Source of the DNA: a virus
Reading direction: 5' to 3' (one strand)
IMG/VR virus record: IMGVR_UViG_3300050202_000021
Span: 1 to 42,667 of that record
DNA length: 42,667 bases
Part shown: one piece after another, positions 1 to 6,894 of the stretch
Layout of the letters: every line of letters begins with the position of its first letter
How positions within the stretch are numbered: the stretch's first letter is position 1
Notes under the pieces: generated by a model
The model's input: only the letters and a program-made list of their open reading frames with translations
Told to the model about the DNA's origin: nothing
Database searches by the model: none
Made by a program: the position numbers and the translations under genes

Positions 1-90
1 ATCGAGCGTCTTGCGCCGGAAGCCCTTGAAGGCCACCGCAGGCACGACGTAAGCGCCAGGATAGAAATAATCCTTGCCCGCCTGCGCACG
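1..90. repeat. Terminal direct repeat, copy 1 (circular assembly overlap)
   Basis: Read by eye: nt 1..90 are identical to nt 42578..42667. The repeat lies inside the SSB coding frame. Confidence 0.9.
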
Positions 91-537
91 TGCATGTTCT
101 TCCGCCGCAATATCGATGATCTTGCCGCCTTCAAGCCGGGCAAGCTCGACGTCGAATTGCGACGACGCGGTGATGATCCCGGCATAAGGTTCATAGAGCT
201 TCGCGCGCGCTTCGGCTTTTTCGCGGATTTTGAAAGCCTCATCGGCAGATTTGCCTTGTGCGTCCAATTCCGCTTTTTGCAGGGCGCGTTTGCCTGCGGT
301 TTTGCCGCTCTGGCAAGCGAGGTAATAATCGCCGGGGTTGGTGAACCCGCCGGTTTCGGATTTGATGGCGGCGACCATGATTTCGATGATCTTCGTCATG
401 TCTTCCTGTTCGATCCCGAACGTGCCGGAAAATTTCGGCACGGCGTTCTGAACATTGCGCGGCGCGCTTTTCGCCGTGATCGACGAGTAGAGCAAACGCG
501 CGGGCTTGATAAGCGTGTAGCGGTGAGTTTCGGCCAT
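1..537 (-). CDS. ssDNA-binding protein, T7 gp2.5-like / DUF2815-like (N-terminal 179 codons; continues across the circular junction)
   Basis: Minus-strand ATG at 537 with AAAGGAAG upstream. The frame stays open to the window edge (MAETHRYTLIKPARLLY...FYPGAYVVPAVAFKGFRRKTLD). It is absent from the ORF track only because it is truncated by the window edge. It joins in frame to 42395..42577. Confidence 0.8.
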   Translation of the reverse strand, partial: MAETHRYTLIKPARLLYSSITAKSAPRNVQNAVPKFSGTFGIEQEDMTKIIEIMVAAIKSETGGFTNPGDYYLACQSGKTAGKRALQKAELDAQGKSADEAFKIREKAEARAKLYEPYAGIITASSQFDVELARLEGGKIIDIAAEEHARAQAGKDYFYPGAYVVPAVAFKGFRRKTLD

Positions 538-612
538 GTCAGATACTTCCTTTTGCCCGGTTAAAATTTCCTGATCCGACGCGGGGCGCAACGTCAGGGA
601 AAATCGATTGTG

Positions 613-1821
613 TCAAAATTCGGACTGTTGCGCAAGGGCGTGTTGCGCGAAAACGCCAGCATTGCCGGGCGGCTTGGCTTCAGGGCGGCGATCCGAGAGT
701 GGCGCGACGACAAGGCCCGCACTGTCGGGCTTGTAGCCGTATTCCAGCGCCAATTCCTTGCCCCGGCTGGACAGTTTTTCGACGCCGGCCGGCGACAGCG
801 GTTCTTTCGGTTTGTAAGCCTTTTCGCCAAATGCCGCTTCGATCGCAGCGATGCCGCCGGGCTTCCAGACGCGTGCCGTCTGTTTTTCGACCAGCTTTGC
901 GCTCGGGATTTTCCCGCCGGTAACAAGCCGTGCGTGCACCGTCGTTTCGAGCACTTTCATGAAACGCCGGGCATGTTCGCGCTGCGCATAAAGCCCGTCC
1001 AATTCCTCGTTCGTAAGCATGGTGATAAAATCCTCTGAAGCGTCCGCATAAGTGCGGAAAGCGCGCTGCATTTTGACGCAGGACAGCAGCACGGGGCAAA
1101 ACTGGCAGTGATCGCCGGGCACATGATCCGCGTCGGTCACGACCTCGCGGCGCGCATAAAGCGCTTCCATGCGAGGCAGCAATTCGTCATGCATCCAGTC
1201 GAGCACGAATCCGACCGTCACCTCCCAAACGTCGGCGTCTTCGAAAATGCCGTAGAAATTGGGCTGGACGATCCCAAGGTTCACCGGAATATCGCGGTGC
1301 TTCGGCTCGACAAAACCGACGTCCAGGATCAGCAGCGCGCCATAATAGAGCAATTGCTGATTATTGCCTGCGCCAACGCCGATGCCTTCGCCGTTTTTAT
1401 AATCGCGAAGCCACAGTTTGCGCGGCGTCACTGCACCGAAATCGATCGTGCCTTTGAAAAGCGGGTGGACGTCGGGGCGCTTGATCGTGCGTTCGATCAG
1501 CACCGCGCCATCCTGCGCTTGGTCAAGGATCGCACGGCATTCGTTCACGTAAACCTGAACCGCGTTCAAGCTGATACCGTCCGGCCAACCGACGCGATAG
1601 CCGTTGAATTCTTCGCCGATGAATTCGAAGGGCTCTGCGTCTTCAGCAAGGCACGTAGCGCCTAGCTCGTGCGCAGCGGTTCCGAGCGCGGCGAATTCGC
1701 TCGGCACGTCTTCAAATTGTCCGCTTTCGATTTGCTCCCGCTGTAGCAGGAAAGAGGCGGCACAATTCATGAAACGGTGCGCGCCAGAGCCGCCAAGCGG
1801 CGAATGTTCAAGGTCGATCAT
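613..1821 (-). CDS. PD-(D/E)XK exonuclease, Cas4/RecB-like (DUF2800 type)
   Basis: 402-aa ORF. N-terminal SPLGGSGAHRFMNC...GTAAHE, central nuclease-core-like region, C-terminal Cys cluster HCQFCPVLLSC. It sits next to the SSB, as in the DUF2800-DUF2815-PolA modules. Confidence 0.75.
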   Translation of the reverse strand: MIDLEHSPLGGSGAHRFMNCAASFLLQREQIESGQFEDVPSEFAALGTAAHELGATCLAEDAEPFEFIGEEFNGYRVGWPDGISLNAVQVYVNECRAILDQAQDGAVLIERTIKRPDVHPLFKGTIDFGAVTPRKLWLRDYKNGEGIGVGAGNNQQLLYYGALLILDVGFVEPKHRDIPVNLGIVQPNFYGIFEDADVWEVTVGFVLDWMHDELLPRMEALYARREVVTDADHVPGDHCQFCPVLLSCVKMQRAFRTYADASEDFITMLTNEELDGLYAQREHARRFMKVLETTVHARLVTGGKIPSAKLVEKQTARVWKPGGIAAIEAAFGEKAYKPKEPLSPAGVEKLSSRGKELALEYGYKPDSAGLVVAPLSDRRPEAKPPGNAGVFAQHALAQQSEF

Positions 1822-1908
1822 CGAAATTCCTTTGGCTGCTTACATGGATGGCAGACGCCCGATTTCTCGGCCCGGTCTGCCAGCGGGTGCGACCCTTACG
1901 GGACCCCG

Positions 1909-2625
1909 TTAGCCGGCGAATTCAATCCCGGCCTTGGCTTCGACAGCCTTTGCGAACGCGTCGCGCTTTTCGTCGGGAATGTTCCGGCTGTGCGGAACCT
2001 GCCCCTCGGGGACGTATTCGGCGATCAGCGCCTTGATCGGCGCGGGATCACCGAGCTTGACCGCCGCCTGATTGCAGATCGCGCCCAAATCGGCATCGGT
2101 CCACTTGCGCGCCGGGATCGAAGCCGCAGCCGCCGCGTCGGTGCCGTTGGCCTTGTCAGCCGCCGCACGGAACGCCGCGAATTCGTCTTCGTCTTCAGTC
2201 GAAGTAGCAGCCGCGACCAATGCAGAGGCGGAAGGTGCAGAACCCGCGCCATCGCTCGGCGTGCCAGTGGCTCCATTTCCCTCCGCTTTCGGGAACCCCG
2301 GCTTCGGATCGGGACGGCTCACGCCGACCTTCATACGCCAGAGACCATCTTTCGTCATGCCGCGCGTCGAAGCATGAAGCTCTGCCGACCAAGGCCAGCC
2401 GGCCGCGTCGATCGTGCCGTCGTCGGCAGGGATTTCGGTCACGCCCTGCGTGCTTTCAGCTTCGACAGGCACGAGATTTGCCGGCGGTGCGGTGTTCTCG
2501 TGTCCGTTGGTGCGCGGTGCAGCGGTGGCGACGGCCGCAGTGGATACACCACCGAGAAGCGCGCAGACGGCAACGAACATGCTGCGCGGAATTGGCATAT
2601 GGATAAAATCTTCGTTCACTTTCAT
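1909..2625 (-). CDS. Hypothetical protein with N-terminal hydrophobic segment and GWPWSAELH..GLWRMKVG motif
   Basis: 238-aa ORF with an ATGA overlap to the helicase stop. It has a hydrophobic stretch SMFVAVCALLGGVSTAAVATAA and a 38-aa motif shared with 25775..26194. Confidence 0.7.
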   Translation of the reverse strand: MKVNEDFIHMPIPRSMFVAVCALLGGVSTAAVATAAPRTNGHENTAPPANLVPVEAESTQGVTEIPADDGTIDAAGWPWSAELHASTRGMTKDGLWRMKVGVSRPDPKPGFPKAEGNGATGTPSDGAGSAPSASALVAAATSTEDEDEFAAFRAAADKANGTDAAAAASIPARKWTDADLGAICNQAAVKLGDPAPIKALIAEYVPEGQVPHSRNIPDEKRDAFAKAVEAKAGIEFAG

Positions 2626-5129
2626 TCTCCGTGTTCGGCGTCTAGCACGCGGTGGATTACGTTCATTTTTTCGAGCGCTCTAACTAGAATTTTCTCCGAT
2701 ATGGAGCCGGGCGCTACGAAAATCTCTGCATTGACTAAATTCTCTTGCCCGATCCGATCGAGCCTTGCCACAGCTTGTTCGTTTTGTGCTGGCACCCAGT
2801 CGGGCTCTGCGAGGTAGCAACGCGAACAAACTTTTTGTAAACCGTCCAAGCCGGTTCCTGCCGACTGAATATTTCCGATGAATACCCTCTTGTGCGCTAA
2901 CGCAATAAAATCGTCAACCGCCTGTTGGCGCGCATTTGCCGATTTTCTCCCGTCAACGCGAACCGTGCCAAATCGCGACAAGCCATTTTCGAAAAGCGTC
3001 AGCACGTCGATATGCCAGCCGAAAATGACTAATTTTTCTTCCGATCCTTCCAAGAAATCTATGGCGTAATCGATAATCTGCGGTGCGAGCGCCAGCCCCA
3101 TAAGCCGCCGCGCTTCGGCGATATGGCCTAGGATTTCAAAATCTTTCGGCGTCTGAATTTTTTCAACCGACAAGCCTAACATGCCTTCGACGTCGAGTGC
3201 GTCCTTGACCGTTCCGTTTTCTTCACAGGTAACGACTGAATAGCGCGGCGGTTTCATCCAGCGCAAAACATCTTTCTTTTCGTGCCGTGCCATGATGTTG
3301 ACGCGCAGCCGGTTCTGAAGCTCGCTTTCCAGGCTCGTGCTTTCGAGCTTGAAGCGCTTGCCTTCGATCGTCTTCATATCCGCCTGTTTGTTGTAACGGT
3401 CCTTGAATTGCTGTTCGCCCAAAAAATCGATCGCTTCATGGTCGAAGTGGCGAAAAAGCACGTAACAATTATGGGCAATCACAGGACCGTCTGCGCTCAA
3501 TATCGTGAACCGGCGTCTAGGCCCGGCATTTGCAATGTCGTAAACAGGCTCGGAGCATTTCGATTTCTTCCAAAGCGATATCCAACCGCCCCTGTAAATC
3601 CGCGACAATTCGCCGATTGCCCATATTTTCTTTTCGGGTGATAAATCGCAAATTTCCCGGCTCATAGCCGCGATTGTTGTCGGTGCGATCCAATTGTAAA
3701 CCCGAAATATCGTGGCCTGACAAAGAAACAAGATACGCCAACCAAGCCGGACGGTTTTCGAGCCATTCAGGCCAAACGTAGATACCCCGCCCACCATAAG
3801 ATTTCCACGCATTGTTTTTGGGATTGGTGCAGCGATCCCGGACGGATTGCATAATACCGAGCAAGCGTTGACGCAATTTAAGGTCGGGACAAATTTCGTG
3901 ATATTTTGAATTGGCTTTGATCGAGCCATCTTTTGCACCGCACGATCGACACCGCGTAACAGTGCCTTGCCGCAGTTTCTGAAGCGTAGTGCGGGTGAAG
4001 CCGCCGCACTGGCAATCACATTCGACAACCTTAGGGCCGCTCGGATGCCGGGTATTGCCACGCACGGTAAGATTTCCGAACCGCTCGCCAACACTTGCTG
4101 CCACAAAACCGTATTTAGGCGCGCCGCGTCGGCTGACGCCCATGTAGATTTGGCCCGGAAGCGGTGTGTTGGAGTTACTGAAATTTGTCCGATGCTCACC
4201 GTCTGTGCGCATCCTTGATACAAAAGGCCGCGATGCCCTACCCATTCAACCCCATCCCACAGTAAGTCAGTTTTCTTGACCCGCACGATAGGCACCCATC
4301 CGCGCTGCGTCAGCACTTGCGTTGAACCGGCCAGACACTCGCTCGGACGGTTCAAAAGCAACGTCCCTGTCAACGCTATTTTGCGCTTACAATAGTTTGC
4401 GATCGCAGGCATTTTGATATCGCCGTGCTGGTATTCGCCCCGGTTGTTTCCGAGCACGGCGCGCGTCGTCAGCGCGTCGATATTCTTCATTTTGTGTGCT
4501 TCGTCGCAAATCAGCACGTCCCATTTAATTTTGGAAATCGCTTTGATGATCGCCGGATTGCGGGCAGCGTCATAGCTTAAAACCTGATAATTTGCCGTGG
4601 GGTGAATTCCGTCTTTGACCTTCAACATCACAGCAATTTTGCAATTCGGTATGGTGCTCCATTCGCGGATACGCTCACCCCATTGGATACGCACCGATGC
4701 CGGCACGATCACCAGGACGCGCTGCGCTTCGACTTCGTTGCAAAACGCGATCGACGTGGGAGTCTTTCCCAAACCCGGCTGATCGCCGTTGATCCCGCCG
4801 CCGCGCGCCAGCAAATAATCAAGCGTGGCCTTCTGGTAATCCCAAAGCTCCAACCCCGGCGGCAGCTTGCGCGTGCCGATCCCGTCGAGCGCCCGCGACA
4901 AATCGATTTCCCGGCGATAGGCGGCAAGCTCGGGGCAGTCCCCTAGATCAGCGAGTGCGTAAGCATTCGGGCTGAACAACACCGCCTTTTCGCGGCTCGA
5001 TGCCGACGTGCTGAACACGAGACCGCGATAGGCCATGAGCTCGGCGACCTCGCCTTTGCGGGCGGCAGGCACCTCCAGGACGTAATGGCCGTTATTTGCG
5101 GAAACTTTCATATCATCTAATCCGTGCAC
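2622..5129 (-). CDS. SNF2-family helicase, intein-containing precursor
   Basis: 835-aa ORF. Motifs: GDQPGLGKT (motif I), LICDEAHKMKN (II), LTGTLLLNRPSE (III, interrupted), QSAGTGLDGLQ and QNEQAVARLDRIGQ (V-VI). ATG at 5111 is an alternative start. Confidence 0.9.
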   Translation of the reverse strand: MHGLDDMKVSANNGHYVLEVPAARKGEVAELMAYRGLVFSTSASSREKAVLFSPNAYALADLGDCPELAAYRREIDLSRALDGIGTRKLPPGLELWDYQKATLDYLLARGGGINGDQPGLGKTPTSIAFCNEVEAQRVLVIVPASVRIQWGERIREWSTIPNCKIAVMLKVKDGIHPTANYQVLSYDAARNPAIIKAISKIKWDVLICDEAHKMKNIDALTTRAVLGNNRGEYQHGDIKMPAIANYCKRKIALTGTLLLNRPSECLAGSTQVLTQRGWVPIVRVKKTDLLWDGVEWVGHRGLLYQGCAQTVSIGQISVTPTHRFRAKSTWASADAARLNTVLWQQVLASGSEILPCVAIPGIRAALRLSNVIASAAASPALRFRNCGKALLRGVDRAVQKMARSKPIQNITKFVPTLNCVNACSVLCNPSGIAAPIPKTMRGNLMVGGVSTFGLNGSKTVRLGWRILFLCQATIFRVYNWIAPTTIAAMSREICDLSPEKKIWAIGELSRIYRGGWISLWKKSKCSEPVYDIANAGPRRRFTILSADGPVIAHNCYVLFRHFDHEAIDFLGEQQFKDRYNKQADMKTIEGKRFKLESTSLESELQNRLRVNIMARHEKKDVLRWMKPPRYSVVTCEENGTVKDALDVEGMLGLSVEKIQTPKDFEILGHIAEARRLMGLALAPQIIDYAIDFLEGSEEKLVIFGWHIDVLTLFENGLSRFGTVRVDGRKSANARQQAVDDFIALAHKRVFIGNIQSAGTGLDGLQKVCSRCYLAEPDWVPAQNEQAVARLDRIGQENLVNAEIFVAPGSISEKILVRALEKMNVIHRVLDAEHGE
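3468..4337 (-). mobile_element. Intein (290 codons) inserted in SNF2 motif III
   Basis: In-frame insert between ..NRPSE and CYVLFRHF. It begins CLAGSTQVL (block A), has VTPTHRF (block B) and ends EPVYDIANAGPRRRF..GPVIAHN followed by +1 Cys (blocks F/G). Confidence 0.8.
3517..4245 (-). CDS. HNH-type homing endonuclease ORF nested in the intein, in a different frame
   Basis: 242-codon ORF on the same strand, offset by one nt from the helicase frame. Motifs: GERFGNLTV, CDCQCGG..CRSCG, WKSYGGRGIYVWPEW, LDRTDNNRGYEPGNLRFITRKENMGNRR. It is a paralogue of 17260..17784. Possible starts are 4245 or ATG 4143. Confidence 0.7.
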   Translation of the reverse strand: MGRASRPFVSRMRTDGEHRTNFSNSNTPLPGQIYMGVSRRGAPKYGFVAASVGERFGNLTVRGNTRHPSGPKVVECDCQCGGFTRTTLQKLRQGTVTRCRSCGAKDGSIKANSKYHEICPDLKLRQRLLGIMQSVRDRCTNPKNNAWKSYGGRGIYVWPEWLENRPAWLAYLVSLSGHDISGLQLDRTDNNRGYEPGNLRFITRKENMGNRRIVADLQGRLDIALEEIEMLRACLRHCKCRA

Positions 5130-5180
5130 GAACCGCAGCGGTCTTCTTTGCCTTCCGGCACCGCGCTTTGAAAATCACCG

Positions 5181-5408
5181 TCACAAATCAAACTCCGCCG
5201 GGGGCACGACGATATCGGCAACCTTCATTACCGGGATCGGGCCAATCCAACCGACGATCCCGCGATGCCAGGTGTGCCAGCGCCCGCTTGCCCATGTGAG
5301 AATAACCGGCTCAACCCATTCGCTCGCTTGGTGTGCAGTGATTTGCACAAGCGCAACATAGCGACCCTCGATTTTCGGATTACCCGTTTTGATATTGGCG
5401 GCGTTCAC
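5181..5408 (-). CDS. Small protein, DUF551-like (tentative), tandem paralogue A
   Basis: 75 aa. GTG start in a GTGA overlap. GNPKIEGRYV...WIGPIPV matches its neighbour. Ends PPAEFDL. Confidence 0.6.
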   Translation of the reverse strand: MNAANIKTGNPKIEGRYVALVQITAHQASEWVEPVILTWASGRWHTWHRGIVGWIGPIPVMKVADIVVPPAEFDL

Positions 5409-5620
5409 AGGTCAAACTCCATTGCAGGTGCTCCAAGCGTCGGCAGCGGCCCTATCCAAGCCTCAACGATCGTCGAACGCGACATAGGCGGCTCGCGCAG
5501 GTTCGCCGACCAACCAACGCCATCGATCCACAGCCGCACGACGGTAGCCAAACCATCGTCACCCATAAGATAGCAGACATAGCGCCCCGTCTCTGGCGGA
5601 TTTCCGCGTTGCACGATCAC
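5405..5620 (-). CDS. Small protein, DUF551-like (tentative), tandem paralogue B
   Basis: 71 aa. GTG start in a GTGA overlap. GNPPETGRYV...WIGPLPT. Ends APAMEFDL. Confidence 0.6.
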   Translation of the reverse strand: MIVQRGNPPETGRYVCYLMGDDGLATVVRLWIDGVGWSANLREPPMSRSTIVEAWIGPLPTLGAPAMEFDL

Positions 5621-5940
5621 AGGTCAAACTCCATTGCGGGTTGGGGCAAATTTTCCTGAAGGCGGATCGCCGCGCGCGCCTGATCCAAAAGACGTTGCAT
5701 CAACGCTTCATAGACCTCTGCGTCATATTCGGCGATCATTTTCTTTAGCGTCGCCAAATCAAATCCGCCGAATTGCCCGGCGGCGATGATTTTGGCGCGC
5801 CGAATTTGCTCATCGGTGTAGCGTCGCGTATCGCCGGCCGATCGACCGACCTCGCCTAGCAAACCCTCATCTTCCCAAAAGCGGACGGCGCGACGTGTTG
5901 CGCAACCCGCTCGGCACATATCATCCATTGAAAATTGCAT
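5617..5940 (-). CDS. MerR-family HTH regulator
   Basis: ATG at 5940 preceded by AGGAGGA. SMDDMCRAGCATRRAVRFWEDEGLLG...RRYTDEQI resembles the MerR N-terminal HTH. The ORF is open up to 6015. Ends PAMEFDL. Confidence 0.65.
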   Translation of the reverse strand: MQFSMDDMCRAGCATRRAVRFWEDEGLLGEVGRSAGDTRRYTDEQIRRAKIIAAGQFGGFDLATLKKMIAEYDAEVYEALMQRLLDQARAAIRLQENLPQPAMEFDL

Positions 5941-6325
5941 CGCATTCCTCCTGCGGCGCGTCGCGCCAATAGTGCACCCGCTCAACAATAAAATAGGTTT
6001 TGCCCGCAATTTCACGGTGCGGCAATCCGGCGAATTTCAATTCATTCGCCAGACGGTTCGCGCTTTTGAACGGGGCGGCGCGCATGGAAAAACCAAGCGC
6101 GATCGGCAGCACCCGCCAAATCGGTTCAAGCTCCGCAGCGGTATAAAACGGGCGCGCTTGCCAAAGAGCTAGCCAAGGCTTCACCGCTTCGACGTCCAGG
6201 CCGGACGTAGCGAATGCCCAAGCCTCGACACGCGCTTTCCACTGCGCGATGATCCCCGTCTGATTGCCTGTGGCCTTCATGGCTTTGACAATCTTGTAGG
6301 TGTCGGTTTTGTAAAAATCGGTCAC
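5921..6325 (-). CDS. Hypothetical protein
   Basis: 134-aa ORF with a GTG start inside the TTGTGA overlap with the upstream gene. Confidence 0.6.
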   Translation of the reverse strand: MTDFYKTDTYKIVKAMKATGNQTGIIAQWKARVEAWAFATSGLDVEAVKPWLALWQARPFYTAAELEPIWRVLPIALGFSMRAAPFKSANRLANELKFAGLPHREIAGKTYFIVERVHYWRDAPQEECDAIFNG

Positions 6326-6894
6326 AAATCATACTCGTGCTTAATGTGCACAAATTTATGCTTCGAAAAACGCCCTACTAAAATCGCGCCAAGGGCGACC
6401 ATTTCGGTGTGCGTGCGTGTGCGGGGTCCCGCCTTCCGCGCGACCATCCTACCTTGAATTTGAAACACGGGTTCAGGACTGGTTTTCCCTTTATACTCCC
6501 AATTATCCGCCCGGTAAATTGCACCTGTGTGCCCTTGCCACTCATCAGCATAAGTCACAAGGCAAGGCCAGCGAAGCCGATCGATCGCGCGACGGGACGC
6601 CGCCAATAGAAAGGATGCTGAATTTTTAGGGCATTCGGGATCAAGCACTAAGCGCGAAAGACACAAAACGCCGCCCCAATTGGTCCTGTAAGTGGCCTTT
6701 GCTGCGCTTTTTGTCGGCGGTATCCACCACGCTATTCCTCGGCAATTAGCGGAACCGCGACGAAAAAGGCCATGCCGATAGGTTGCCGTATTCGATCCAC
6801 CTCTGGTATAGTGTAGCCTCATCACAAAATCTTGCGCAACCGATAAAGGGATCGTGCGGATTTCCCATTCCGCTTTATGCAAAACTTCAGTCAC
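6322..6894 (-). CDS. GNAT-fold, Mom-like protein (putative DNA modification; tentative)
   Basis: 190 aa. Pattern VAQDFVMRLHY..(G)..GIAWW..P....L.LSRLVL....PKNSASFLL......LVTYADEWQGHTGAIYRADNWEYKG recalls the phage Mom/GNAT-like family. Ends HEYDL. Confidence 0.5.
   Translation of the reverse strand: MTEVLHKAEWEIRTIPLSVAQDFVMRLHYTRGGSNTATYRHGLFRRGSANCRGIAWWIPPTKSAAKATYRTNWGGVLCLSRLVLDPECPKNSASFLLAASRRAIDRLRWPCLVTYADEWQGHTGAIYRADNWEYKGKTSPEPVFQIQGRMVARKAGPRTRTHTEMVALGAILVGRFSKHKFVHIKHEYDL

Noticed and set aside
1-90. Physical direct terminal repeat (T7-style DTR)
   Set aside because: The repeat interrupts the SSB ORF, and the packaging genes are P22-like (headful). An assembly overlap is the simpler explanation. 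Confirming this needs read data.
94-564. 156-aa plus-strand ORF at the left edge
   Set aside because: It is the antisense shadow of the SSB gene. The minus-strand frame has an RBS, SSB-family motifs and continues in frame across the circular junction.
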